This document shows, piece by piece, positions 9,737-19,371 of a stretch of 64,000 bases of DNA. This DNA is from an uncultured Chloroflexia bacterium (GTDB lineage: Bacteria; Chloroflexota; Limnocylindria; Limnocylindrales; CSP1-4). The stretch's first letter is position 1; the number at the start of each line of letters is the position of its first letter. Made by a program: the position numbers and the translations under genes. The stretch spans positions 832,001-896,000 of the forward strand of contig CAVPPB010000001.1 in assembly GCA_963707215.1 (NCBI GenBank). Direction: 5' to 3'. Under the pieces are notes generated by a model. It searched no databases. It was not told the origin of the DNA and saw only the letters and a list, made by a program, of their open reading frames with translations.

Positions 9737-9823
9737 CGTCGCAGTCTACGGAGGGTGCGAGTGGCGCGCCGCGGGGTCGGCGCGAATGGCCGATCCGGGC
9801 GGCGATCGGGCGCCGAGGGAGGG

Positions 9824-10312
9824 TCAGGCGCCTGCGTCGACGGGCTGCCCGGCGATCCCCAGGGCGACCTCCTCGGCCCTGGCCTCGGCACCGCGCTCGA
9901 TGATGTCGATGTAGAGGTTCTCCTCGGCCAGGTGCACCTTCATCAGGGCGTACAACGAGAAGACGACGCGTCGGACGGCCAGAGCCTTGCCGAGCGAGTG
10001 ATGTGCGTCACGGACCTGCGGCCACAAGCGGGAATACTCGGCTGCCAGCTGCCGGATCCGGGCATGTTCACGGCGCAGCGGCGTCATCGAGTGCCGGTTC
10101 TGCATCAGGCGTTCGAGCTCGGGGAAGACCACCGGCTCGGCCGCGTCCATGTGCGGCAGGAGGGTCCCGTTCAGGAACTCGTCCATGTCGGCGAGGCGAG
10201 GCCGGAGCTCCTCCTCGGGCGCCGCGAGGAGCATGTCGCCGAGCTCGGGCATCAGGTCGACCGTGGCGACCATCTCGTCGTGCTGGGCGTGAGCGGCGTG
10301 CGCGGTCGTCAT
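9824..10312 (-). CDS. Hemerythrin-domain protein
   Basis: LLPHMDAAE, LRREH and KVHLAEE His/Glu pattern. Confidence 0.75.
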   Translation of the reverse strand: MTTAHAAHAQHDEMVATVDLMPELGDMLLAAPEEELRPRLADMDEFLNGTLLPHMDAAEPVVFPELERLMQNRHSMTPLRREHARIRQLAAEYSRLWPQVRDAHHSLGKALAVRRVVFSLYALMKVHLAEENLYIDIIERGAEARAEEVALGIAGQPVDAGA

Positions 10313-10460
10313 GACGACCCTCCGGTATGGCGGGCCGACGTGTTCGCTGGACCCCCGATCCCGGGAGCCGCGCGGGGACGACATCCGCAGGAGCGCGTCG
10401 GCCGATGCGCCCGCGGATGTCGGGGACGTGATAGGTCGATGGAGTCGGATCGACGGCCTG

Positions 10461-10829
10461 TCATCGGGTGGGACCGCCGGGACGGGAGGTGGTCGGTCGG
10501 TCGCCGGCGACCGCCGCGAGGCCCCCGAGTCGAGTGAGCCGTCGGATGAGGACCTCGCGCATAAGGCCGCAGGCGGACAGGATCTCGGGGTCGGTCAAGC
10601 GATAGATGACCGTTCGGCCGGCCCGATCCGCGGTGACGAGCCCGGCCGCCCGCATGGCGGCCAGGTGCTGGGAGGTCGCCGACTGGCTGAGCCCAAGCTC
10701 GCGGGCGAGGTCGGAGACGCCGATCGGCCCGCGGCCCAGGACGTGGATCAAGCGAAGGCGGTGGCCGCTGGCCAGGGTGCGGAGGATCGAGGCCTGGATC
10801 GCATCGATGTCGTCGACGGAGCCGAACAT
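10461..10829 (-). CDS. ArsR/SmtB-family transcriptional regulator
   Basis: LASGHRLRLI, VSDLARELGLSQSATSQHLAAMR, RAGRTVIYRL. Confidence 0.85.
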   Translation of the reverse strand: MFGSVDDIDAIQASILRTLASGHRLRLIHVLGRGPIGVSDLARELGLSQSATSQHLAAMRAAGLVTADRAGRTVIYRLTDPEILSACGLMREVLIRRLTRLGGLAAVAGDRPTTSRPGGPTR

Positions 10830-10976
10830 GGACCCCACCAGAGTGCGCTATCGGGCGCTACCTGCGCTCAGTCCTCATATTCGCCCTGGGTGCATGTGTC
10901 CCGACGGGCCGTCGGTCACGAACGGCAGCCCGTTCGGCCCGTTCGTCGGCCGGCGCCGGCGGCAGATGACGGGGCG

Positions 10977-11630
10977 TCAGACGCTGGCACCCACCAGTGC
11001 CTGGGCGACCCCGACCGCGCCCACCGCGTCCTCGCCGTAGCCATCCGCTCCGATCTCGTCGGCCCAGGCCTTGGTCACCGGCGCGCCGCCGACCATGACC
11101 TTGACGTTCGGCCGAAGACCGGCCGAGGCGAGCGCCTCGACGACGGTCCGCTGGCCGGTCATCGTGGTCGTGAGCAGGGCCGACACGCCGACCAGGTCGG
11201 CGCCGACCTCCTGGGCCTTCTCGACGAACCGCTCCGGCGAGACGTCGACGCCGAGGTCGTGGACCTCGAAGCCGTTCGCGGTGAGCATCATCCCGACGAG
11301 GTTCTTGCCGATCTCGTGGATGTCGCCCTGGACGGTCCCGATGACGACCCGCCCCGCGATCTTGCGCTGGGAGGCCCGGGCCATCATCTCCGGCTCGAGG
11401 ACACCGATCGCCGTCTGCATCGCCCGGGCGGCCAGCATCATGTCGGGCAGGAACAGGTCGCCGCAGCGGAACTGCTCGCCGACGTGCCGGATCCCGGGGA
11501 CGAAGGCCTCGTCGATGGCGACGAGCGGATCGATGCCCTCGGCGAGGGCCTGCTCTGCCAGCTTGCCGGCCGCGGTCGCATCGCCGTCGATGACGCTCTG
11601 GCGCATCGCGTCGAAGAGCTCCTGGGTCAT
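10977..11630 (-). CDS. Corrinoid (B12-binding) protein, MttC/MtbC-like
   Basis: GTVQGDIHEIGKNLV (DxHxxG), GVSALLTTT, KVMVGGAPVT. Confidence 0.93.
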   Translation of the reverse strand: MTQELFDAMRQSVIDGDATAAGKLAEQALAEGIDPLVAIDEAFVPGIRHVGEQFRCGDLFLPDMMLAARAMQTAIGVLEPEMMARASQRKIAGRVVIGTVQGDIHEIGKNLVGMMLTANGFEVHDLGVDVSPERFVEKAQEVGADLVGVSALLTTTMTGQRTVVEALASAGLRPNVKVMVGGAPVTKAWADEIGADGYGEDAVGAVGVAQALVGASV

Positions 11631-11697
11631 GGATGCTGCCTCCTGGGCTGGGGCCGGGCACGACTGGCTCGGCCGAGATGACCTGACTGGATCCGGT

Positions 11698-13188
11698 TCA
11701 TGCCATGGCGTCCGCCGGGCTGCGCGCCGACGCATCGGCGGTGGTGGCCCGGCCGAGGGCGAGGTCGGCCTCGGCGAGGACCCGGTCGAGCTCAGCCTGG
11801 ACATCATCGGGCAGTGGGTCGACGAGCGGCGCCCCGACGATCTCGCGGACCCGGTCCTGGGCCCGGTCGTACATCGACGGCGAGCCGGCCCCGAGCCAGG
11901 CCTCGCGCGACTGCCGGCCAAAGATCGTCGGCAGGAAGAACTCGCCACTCCGGGCGGCCCGGCGGGTCGTCTCGCTGAACAGGAAGTCGCCGCCGGGTCC
12001 GACCGCGGCGATCTCGTCGAACAGGCCGGCCTCGGGCCCGGTGGCCATCCCCGCCACGAGGCGCTCGCACATCCGGGCGAGCTCGTTGTCCACGAGGATC
12101 TGCTCCAGGACGAGCGTCTGGTCGCCATCGATCTCGCCGAACCCGACGACGATCGACGCCCCGGCCGACATCGGCGGCAGCATCGTCATCAGCTTGTCGA
12201 CGATCGCCTCGGCGCCGACGTCGTGGGCGTCGGACGCGCAGCCCGACGCGGTCGTCGGCAGGCCGTAGGAGCGACCCATCGTCGTGAGCACGCCCGACTG
12301 GATGCCGGCCTCCGGTGTCCCGCCGAGGAAGCCGCCGGTCCGGAAGTCCATCGAGGCGACGCAGCTGCTGTACATGAGCGGCCGACCAGGATGGGCGAGC
12401 TGGAAGACGACGATCGACGAGAGGGCCTCGGCGTTGGCCAGGCTGACGTTGGCGAACAGGCCGGCCGGGCCCGTGGTGCCGGCGATCGGCATCGGCATGA
12501 TCATCACCGGGACGTCGAGGGCGCCCAGGTCCAGGTAGGCGTCGAGCATCGGCCCGTCGTGCGTCAGCGGGGCGACCGGGCAGTAGATGACCGATGCCGG
12601 ATGACGCTCTCGGACCGCGGGCTCGCCGCCGAACACGACCCGCAGGACCTCGGCCAGGAAGGGCGCCTGCTCGCGGGTGTGGAGCTCGTGCTGGCCGTGC
12701 TTGGCGCAGGCCCGCAGCATCGTCGCGAACTCGTGGAGCGGCCGCGAGGCGCTCGGCATGTCCGAGGCGGCGACCGGCGGCCAGGCCAGGACGCCCATGT
12801 CGGCGGTGGCGAAGATCCGGCAGCCCAGCTCGATGTCGCGCCGGGTGCCGTAGCGACGCTCGCCGGTCTCGAAGTCGCGGGCGAAGGCGGCCGTGCCATC
12901 AAGCCCGAACCGGGTGCCCGGGGACGGCAGGGGGTAGTCGTGCTCGGGATCACGGGCTCCCAGGACGAACGAGCCGGGGGTCGAGGCCAGCGCCGATTCC
13001 ACGAGCGAGCGAGGGATCCGGGCGACCCCGGTCGCCCGGTCGACCTCCGCGCCGGCGTCCTCGAGGAGCGGCAGCGCCAGGTCACCGTGGTAGCGGACCC
13101 CGACCTCGGCCAGGATCCGCAGGCTCTGCTCGTGGATCCGGTCCCGGTCCGTGTCCGCCAGGAAGGTTGCCTCGTACCGCATCGTCAT
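11698..13188 (-). CDS. mttB: Trimethylamine:corrinoid methyltransferase family protein (non-Pyl), copy 4
   Basis: IHEQSLRILAEVGV, CPVAPL, AGTTGPA, ASMDFRTG, SDAH, VGPGGDFL. Confidence 0.88.
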   Translation of the reverse strand: MTMRYEATFLADTDRDRIHEQSLRILAEVGVRYHGDLALPLLEDAGAEVDRATGVARIPRSLVESALASTPGSFVLGARDPEHDYPLPSPGTRFGLDGTAAFARDFETGERRYGTRRDIELGCRIFATADMGVLAWPPVAASDMPSASRPLHEFATMLRACAKHGQHELHTREQAPFLAEVLRVVFGGEPAVRERHPASVIYCPVAPLTHDGPMLDAYLDLGALDVPVMIMPMPIAGTTGPAGLFANVSLANAEALSSIVVFQLAHPGRPLMYSSCVASMDFRTGGFLGGTPEAGIQSGVLTTMGRSYGLPTTASGCASDAHDVGAEAIVDKLMTMLPPMSAGASIVVGFGEIDGDQTLVLEQILVDNELARMCERLVAGMATGPEAGLFDEIAAVGPGGDFLFSETTRRAARSGEFFLPTIFGRQSREAWLGAGSPSMYDRAQDRVREIVGAPLVDPLPDDVQAELDRVLAEADLALGRATTADASARSPADAMA

Positions 13189-14636
13189 CCGACCCCGCCC
13201 GGGGTCGCTCCGTTCCGTGCTGCCTGCTCGATCCGTTCGAGCTCACGGGTCGTCGCCTCGTCCAGCCGCAGCGGCTCGTGGCCGGCGATCGTCGCGTCGA
13301 CGATCGACCGCGCCTCCTCGAGCAGCTCCGGTCGGCCGGCGGCGTCCCAGCGCTCGTACGTGTCGTGGACGCCCATCGTGTCGATGGACCACTCGCCGCG
13401 GTGGACCGCGTCCCGCGTGGCGGTCCGGGCGATGAAGTCGCCGCCGGGCCCGACATCGGCGATGGCGGCCTCGACGGGCTCGCCGGCGAGGTCCTCGATC
13501 CCCCGGTGGAGCCGTTCGCAGCGCCGGAAGACCTCGAGGTCGATGACCAGCTGCTCGAGGCTCAGGACGGTCGACCCGCTGAGGCAGCCCGGCCCCACGA
13601 GGATGTCGGGCCGGGCCAGCGCCGGCAGGACCCAGTCGGTGGCCCGCTCGTAGGCCGCCTGGATGCCCGGCACGTGATGGTCGCTGCTGCCGGTCGAGGC
13701 CATGACCGGCAGCCCGTAGCCCCGGGCGACCTCGACGGCGGCCGCGCCCAGGAGGCCGTGCTCCACGGCCCCGCCAGCCCAGCGCCCGGTCCGTGGCTCC
13801 ATGACCGCCAGCGCCGGGGCGTAGATGAACGGCGTCCCGGGCGCCGCGGCCTGGACCAGGCAGAGCATCGCCAGGATCTCGGCATTGCCGAGGACCACCG
13901 TCGAGAGCAGCCCCACCGGCGCGGTGAGGCCCATGACCGGCATGGGCATGACGGCGATCGGCAGGCCCCAGTCGAGGGTCGCCAGGCAGGCGTCCGTGTC
14001 GGGGCCCTCGAGGACCAGCGGCGAGAGCGGGCAGACGAGGAACGAGAAGGGATGCTGGCGACGGACCGCCTCGCGCCCACCGAAGACGGTGCCCAGCACC
14101 TCGAGGAGCCAGCCGACGTCGGCCGGATCGGTCGTCCCGTCCTGGACGTGCTTCGAGAAGAGCCCCAGCGCCTGGGTCCAGCGCCGGACGGCGACCCCCG
14201 GCCCGACCTCGCCGCGGCCGACCTCCACGGCCTCCCAGTAGACGCCGACGGCGTCGGTCGCGTCGATGAGCCGGGTGGCCCGCTCCCAGTCGTCGTTCGT
14301 CGCGGTCCGCCGGAGACCGGTCTCGGGGTCGATGACGTGGATCGCCTGGCCGTCGATGCAGAGGGTGCAGCCGCCCGCGTTCATCGCCAGCGACCAGCCG
14401 GGCCGCCGGCCACCCAGCGAGAAACGGCGGGGGGCCGCAGCGAGCGAGCGCTCGACCAGCTCGGGCGGGAAGCGGACGACCCGGGTCGCCTCGTCGACCG
14501 GGGCGCCGGCCTCGGCCAGGATCGCCCTGGCCCGCGCCGAATCGACCCGCAGGCCGGTCGTCCCGAGGACGGCCAGGGTCCGCTCGTGGACGGCGCTCCG
14601 GTCCTCGTCCGAGAGGACCTGGACGCGGGTCCTCAC
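13185..14636 (-). CDS. mttB: Trimethylamine:corrinoid methyltransferase family protein (non-Pyl), copy 3
   Basis: VHERTLAVL, CPLSPL, MGLTAP, MEPRTG, PGIQAAYE, VGPGGDF. Confidence 0.88.
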   Translation of the reverse strand: MRTRVQVLSDEDRSAVHERTLAVLGTTGLRVDSARARAILAEAGAPVDEATRVVRFPPELVERSLAAAPRRFSLGGRRPGWSLAMNAGGCTLCIDGQAIHVIDPETGLRRTATNDDWERATRLIDATDAVGVYWEAVEVGRGEVGPGVAVRRWTQALGLFSKHVQDGTTDPADVGWLLEVLGTVFGGREAVRRQHPFSFLVCPLSPLVLEGPDTDACLATLDWGLPIAVMPMPVMGLTAPVGLLSTVVLGNAEILAMLCLVQAAAPGTPFIYAPALAVMEPRTGRWAGGAVEHGLLGAAAVEVARGYGLPVMASTGSSDHHVPGIQAAYERATDWVLPALARPDILVGPGCLSGSTVLSLEQLVIDLEVFRRCERLHRGIEDLAGEPVEAAIADVGPGGDFIARTATRDAVHRGEWSIDTMGVHDTYERWDAAGRPELLEEARSIVDATIAGHEPLRLDEATTRELERIEQAARNGATPGGVG

Positions 14637-16180
14637 CGTCGGGCGCTCCCGTGGGCGGTCCGGGTCGCCGGCTCGCCGCCGCCCAGCTCGCGATCGGCCG
14701 CCGCGACGATCCGCTCGAGCTCGGTCGCCACCGCGTCCTCGAGGGGCTCCGGCCAGTGCTCGGCCAGGATCCGCTCGACGGAATGGCGGGCCACCTCGAC
14801 CGGGTCGACCGCGCTCCCGTCCACGGTGGTCCGACCGGTCAGCAGCGAGAAGGGCAGCTGGCGCAGGCCGTCCCGGGTGCTCGGCTCGTACAGGTAGTGA
14901 CCGCGGGGGCCGACCGACCGGATGACCTCGATGGCCAGCGCCTCGGGCGACGTGTCGAGTCCGGCCAGATCGACCCGGACCCGCTCGTGGAGGTCGGCGT
15001 CGAGGACCAGCTGCTCGGGGTAGAGCAGGGTGCAGCCCTCCAGCAGGCCCATCCCCGAGCCGGTCTCGGCACCCAGCAGGGAGCAGAGCGTCAGGCCGAC
15101 GGCGGCCTCGGCGGGGACCTGCCAGCCGGGCACCATCGCGTCGGTGCCGAAGACGCCGGCCAGCGTCGGCACTCCCCAGGCATGGGCGAGCTCGACCCCG
15201 GCCGCGTAGGCGACGTCCCCGGCGATGGCGGTGGCCAGGAAGCCGCCGGTCCGTGGGTCCATGACCCCGGGCATGAGGGAGTGGAAGACGGGGGCGCCCG
15301 GGTGGACGAGCTGGACGAGGACGAGCGCGGCGACGATCTCGGCGTCGCCCTGGACCACGGTCCCCGCGATCGAGGCCGGTCCGGTGGAGCCGGCGTTGGC
15401 CATCGACATGAAGCCGACCGGCAGCCCGGCCTCGGCCATGACCAGCGCCCCCTCGAGGCCCTCGGCGTCCTGGGCCAGCGGGGCGATGGCGCAGATGAGG
15501 GCGGACAGCGGCGGCCGGGTCCGCATCGTGGCCTCGTCGCCGGCCAGGACCCGGGCCATCTCGACGGCGTAGCGGGCCGTGGGCTCGCCCATGACCGTCT
15601 CGGTCTGGACGTGCTTCACGGTGCCGGCGTACGACGCCAGGAGCTCGTGGAGCGGGGCCGTCGCCGGATGGTCCTGGGCGCTGACGATGGGCCAGTAGAA
15701 GCCGACCGCCGGCAGGGCGTCGGCGACGCGGGCCATGTCGGCGACGTCCCGGGTCAGCGAGGCCCGCCGCTCGCGGGTATCCGGGTCGATGGTGGCGATG
15801 CCGCAGCCGTCGGTGGCGACGTACAGGGCCGTCCCGTCGAGGACGGCGTCATGGGCCGGGGTCCGGGCGCCCATCGTGTAGTGGCGCGGCGCCCGGGCCA
15901 TGGCCGCCTCGACGAGATCGGGCGGGATGCGGACGACCTGGGTCGCGTCGTCGACCTCCGCCCCATGCTCCCGGAACAGCTCCCGGCACTTCGCCGATGG
16001 GACGTGGACGCCGATCGTGGCCAGGATCTCCAGGGTCCCCGCTCGCAGGTCGGCGAGCTGGCCGTCGTCGAGGACCCGCAGCCGGTAGGCCGGCCGGATC
16101 GGCGCCAGGGGCGGCGTCGCGCTGGGGGAGACGGACGACGCGCCGGGGGAAGCGCCCGACGCCCCGGGGGCTCGGGTCAT
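14633..16180 (-). CDS. mttB: Trimethylamine:corrinoid methyltransferase family protein (non-Pyl), copy 2
   Basis: ATDGCG, CAIAPL, GSTGPAS, MDPRTG, VGPRGHYL; ATGA-coupled to copy 1. Confidence 0.88.
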   Translation of the reverse strand: MTRAPGASGASPGASSVSPSATPPLAPIRPAYRLRVLDDGQLADLRAGTLEILATIGVHVPSAKCRELFREHGAEVDDATQVVRIPPDLVEAAMARAPRHYTMGARTPAHDAVLDGTALYVATDGCGIATIDPDTRERRASLTRDVADMARVADALPAVGFYWPIVSAQDHPATAPLHELLASYAGTVKHVQTETVMGEPTARYAVEMARVLAGDEATMRTRPPLSALICAIAPLAQDAEGLEGALVMAEAGLPVGFMSMANAGSTGPASIAGTVVQGDAEIVAALVLVQLVHPGAPVFHSLMPGVMDPRTGGFLATAIAGDVAYAAGVELAHAWGVPTLAGVFGTDAMVPGWQVPAEAAVGLTLCSLLGAETGSGMGLLEGCTLLYPEQLVLDADLHERVRVDLAGLDTSPEALAIEVIRSVGPRGHYLYEPSTRDGLRQLPFSLLTGRTTVDGSAVDPVEVARHSVERILAEHWPEPLEDAVATELERIVAAADRELGGGEPATRTAHGSARR

Positions 16181-17634
16181 CCGCGAGCCTCCTCGTCGGC
16201 GGCCGCCAGGATCCGGGTCAGCTCGGCCTGCTGGGCCGGCTCGAGCGGCTCCGGATGATGGTTGGCCCGGATCCACTCGACCCGCTCGCGGGCGACCTCG
16301 ATGGGATCCCGGTAGCCGGTCCCCTCACCGAGCTCGTGGGTGAGCGCCCGGGTCATGGCCGTCCGCATGTGGGTGCGGGTGTGCGGCTCGTACAGGTAGT
16401 GGCCGCCGGGTCCGACCGCCGCGATGACGTCCACGGCCAGCGTCTCGTCGTCGACCTCGGCCGCCATCAGCGCGTAGCGGGCCCGCTGGTAGATGTCGTC
16501 GTCGAGGACGATCGCCTCCGGGTAGAGCAGCGTGTACGTCCGGTCGAGACCCAGGCCGGTGACGATCTCCGGGCTGGTCAGGCCGGCCAGGAACGGGTCG
16601 AGGGCCACCTCGACGCCCGCCTGCCAGGTCCCGGCCTCCTTCGAGTCCGTCCCGAAGCAGGCCGCCATCGACGGCAGGCCCCAGTGGTGGGCCATCTCGA
16701 CCGGGGCGTAGCGGACCCGGTTGTCGAGCGCGTAGCCGACGTAGCCGCCGGTCCGCGGGTCCGCCCAGGCCTTCATGATCGAGTGGAAGACCGGCGTCCC
16801 GGGATAGGCCAGCTGGAGCAGGACGATCGCGCTGATGACCTCCGCGTCGCCGACGACCAGCGAGCCCGCCGACGTGGCCGGAGAGGTCGTCCCCATCGTC
16901 GGCATGGCCAGGAACCCGACGGGGATGCCGGCCTCGGCGAAGACGAGCGACGCCTCGATGCCGGCCTCGTCCTGGACGAGCGGGGCGATGGAGCAGATCA
17001 GGTCGGAGAAGACGGGGCGCTCGCGCAGCGCCTCGCGGCTGCCGGCGATGACGGTCGCCATCTCGACGGCGCGACGGGCCTGCGTCTCGCCCATGACCAT
17101 GCCCTGGAAGTGCTTGACCGTGTTGTTGAAGGCCGCGTCGATCTCGTGGAGCTGGGAGGTCCGGCCGTGGTCCTGGGCGCTCACCGTCGGCCACATGAAG
17201 CCGATCGACGGCAGGTAGTCGGCGATCCGGGCGATCTGGGCGACGTCGGCCTTGGTCGAGGGGCGTTCCTTGCGGGTGTCCCAGTCGATCGTCGCCACGC
17301 CGCACCCATCGGTCGTGAAGTAGCTGACCCCGTCCTGCAGGTGGAGGTCGTAGGCCGGGTCGCGGGCCGCCATCGTGAAGTAGCGCGGCGCCGAGGCAAG
17401 GGCCCGGCGGACCAGGTCCCTGGGGAGGCGGACGACCTGGGACTCGCGGTCCACCTGGGCGCCGTGGTCGGCCAGGATGGCCAGGGCCTTCTCCGACGGG
17501 AAGCGGACGCCGACCCGCTCGAGCACCTCCAGGGTGGCGTCCTGGAGACGGTCGAGCTGCTCGTCGGCGAGGAAGCGCACCCGGTAGTCCGAGCGGATGG
17601 GCTGCAGCGGCGGCCGGGCGACGGCGACGGTCAT
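16177..17634 (-). CDS. mttB: Trimethylamine:corrinoid methyltransferase family protein (non-Pyl), copy 1
   Basis: TTDGCG, CSIAPL, GTTSPAT, ADPRTG, GTDSK, QAGVE, VGPGGHYL. Confidence 0.88.
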   Translation of the reverse strand: MTVAVARPPLQPIRSDYRVRFLADEQLDRLQDATLEVLERVGVRFPSEKALAILADHGAQVDRESQVVRLPRDLVRRALASAPRYFTMAARDPAYDLHLQDGVSYFTTDGCGVATIDWDTRKERPSTKADVAQIARIADYLPSIGFMWPTVSAQDHGRTSQLHEIDAAFNNTVKHFQGMVMGETQARRAVEMATVIAGSREALRERPVFSDLICSIAPLVQDEAGIEASLVFAEAGIPVGFLAMPTMGTTSPATSAGSLVVGDAEVISAIVLLQLAYPGTPVFHSIMKAWADPRTGGYVGYALDNRVRYAPVEMAHHWGLPSMAACFGTDSKEAGTWQAGVEVALDPFLAGLTSPEIVTGLGLDRTYTLLYPEAIVLDDDIYQRARYALMAAEVDDETLAVDVIAAVGPGGHYLYEPHTRTHMRTAMTRALTHELGEGTGYRDPIEVARERVEWIRANHHPEPLEPAQQAELTRILAAADEEARG

Positions 17635-17677
17635 GGTCGGCTCCTTCCGATGTGGGGGCTCGCTGGCGTGGTCCGGG

Positions 17678-18496
17678 TCATGGGCGCTCCGTCTCCGGGG
17701 CCGGCGCGCCGCGGGACCGGCGGCGGGCGCTGACCCGGAGGGAGACGAGGATCGCGATCGCGGTCGTCACGACGATGATCGTCGAGATCGCGTTGATCTC
17801 CGGCGTCACCCCGAAACGGATCCGTGAGTAGATGTAGAGCGGTAGCGTGGACGACCCGACGCCGGCGTTGAACGAGGTGATGATCAGGTCGTCGAACGAG
17901 AGGGCGAACGAGATGAGGGCCCCGGCGGCCACGGCCGGGGCGATGAGCGGCAGGGTCACGTGGAGGAACGCCTGCCGGGCCGACGCCCCCAGGTCGCGGG
18001 CAGCCTCCTCCATCCTGGGATCGAGTGACACGGCCCGGGCCCGAACGATGATCGCCACGTACGAGATCGAGAAGGCGATGTGGGCGATGGCGATCTGGAG
18101 CATCGAGCCGTTCGCCGAGAACAGCAGGGCGAAGAACAGCAGCAGGCTGATGCCCATGACCACCTCGGGGGTCACCATCGGCAGCAGGATCAGGGTGTCC
18201 GACGCGGTGGCGGCCCGGCCCGACCGGAGGCGCGCGAGGCCCAGCCCGAGCAGGGTCCCGATGGCTGTCGTCACGACGACCGAGATGAAGGCGACCTGGA
18301 GCGACACGCCCAGGGCCGCCAGCAGCGCATCGTTGCCGAACAGCTCCGGGTACCACTTCAGGGTGAAGCCGCGCCAGATGAAGTTCCGCTTGCTGTCGTT
18401 GAAGCTGAAGATGATCAGGACGACGATCGGGGCGAACAGGAACGCGTAGACAGCCAGGCCGTAGAGCGTGAGCCAGCGGTTCCGCTCGCGGCGCAT
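17678..18496 (-). CDS. potC: Polyamine ABC transporter permease
   Basis: IFSFN...GFTLKWY, EEAARDLGA, ALSFDD, TPEINA. Confidence 0.88.
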   Translation of the reverse strand: MRRERNRWLTLYGLAVYAFLFAPIVVLIIFSFNDSKRNFIWRGFTLKWYPELFGNDALLAALGVSLQVAFISVVVTTAIGTLLGLGLARLRSGRAATASDTLILLPMVTPEVVMGISLLLFFALLFSANGSMLQIAIAHIAFSISYVAIIVRARAVSLDPRMEEAARDLGASARQAFLHVTLPLIAPAVAAGALISFALSFDDLIITSFNAGVGSSTLPLYIYSRIRFGVTPEINAISTIIVVTTAIAILVSLRVSARRRSRGAPAPETERP

Positions 18497-19341
18497 CAGC
18501 CGATGACCTCGCGGCGCAGGATCCGCAGACCGCCGACGGTCGCCAGGATCGTCATGACGATGAGCAGGAAGCCCAGGGCGGCGCCGAACGGCCAGTCACG
18601 GGCCTGCAGGAAGAGCGTCTGGACCACCTTGGCGATCGTCGTGGTCTGGGCACCGCCCAGCAGGTCGGGCGTCACGAAATCGCCCATGGCCGGGATGAAC
18701 GTCAGCAGGGCCGCCGCGATGACCCCGGGCATGGTCAGCGGCAGGGTCACGTGCAGGAAGGCCGCCCGGCCGCTCGCGTAGAGGTCCCGGGCGGCCTGGG
18801 CCAGGGCCGGGTCCAGGCGATCGATCGAGACGTACAGGGGCAGGATGGCGAACGGCAGGAAGCCGTAGGTCATCCCCATGATCACCGCCAGGTCCGTGTT
18901 CAGGAGCTGGACGGGCTCGGTGAAGCCGATGGCCCCGAGGATGCCGTTCACCACGCCGTTGTCACGGAGCAGGATCATCCAGGCGTAGGTCCGGATCACC
19001 CAGCTGGTCCAGAACGGCAGCATCACCAGGACCAGCAGCAGGGCCTTGCGGCGACCGCCGTAGCGGCTGATCCAGTAGGCGACCGGATAGGCGATGGCGA
19101 TCGAGAAGACGGTCGTCGCCACCGCGTACTTGAACGAGTTGGCGACCGTCGGCAGGAAGCCGGGCTCCAGGGCCCGGACGTAGTTGTGGAAGCCGAGGGG
19201 CGAGAAGAGGACCCCGCCGTACTGGTCGCGGGTGCCCAGGCTGACGACGAAGATGATCGCCAGGGGCACGGCGAAGAAGATCAGCAGCCAGCCGAGCCCG
19301 GGGACGAGCAGGATCGCCTCCCGGGCTCGCTCGCGCTTCAT
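18496..19341 (-). CDS. potB: Polyamine ABC transporter permease
   Basis: LPFWTSWVIRTYAW, QAARDLYA, GDFVTPDLLGG, RDWPFGAA. Confidence 0.88.
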   Translation of the reverse strand: MKRERAREAILLVPGLGWLLIFFAVPLAIIFVVSLGTRDQYGGVLFSPLGFHNYVRALEPGFLPTVANSFKYAVATTVFSIAIAYPVAYWISRYGGRRKALLLVLVMLPFWTSWVIRTYAWMILLRDNGVVNGILGAIGFTEPVQLLNTDLAVIMGMTYGFLPFAILPLYVSIDRLDPALAQAARDLYASGRAAFLHVTLPLTMPGVIAAALLTFIPAMGDFVTPDLLGGAQTTTIAKVVQTLFLQARDWPFGAALGFLLIVMTILATVGGLRILRREVIG

Positions 19342-19371
19342 CGCGATCGCCGCGCGCTCTTGGCCCCTCGC

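Noticed and set aside
11698-17634. Pyrrolysine recoding in the MttB genes
   Set aside because: All four ORFs are full length with no in-frame TAG, and no pyl genes are present in the window.
11071-17733. Long plus-strand ORFs (860, 767, 535 and 578 aa) and similar shadows such as 26768-29587(-), 49077-51665(-) and 50333-53881(+)
   Set aside because: These are antisense or alternative-frame shadows of real genes, expected at this GC content. They are Arg/Pro/Gly-rich and lack motifs.
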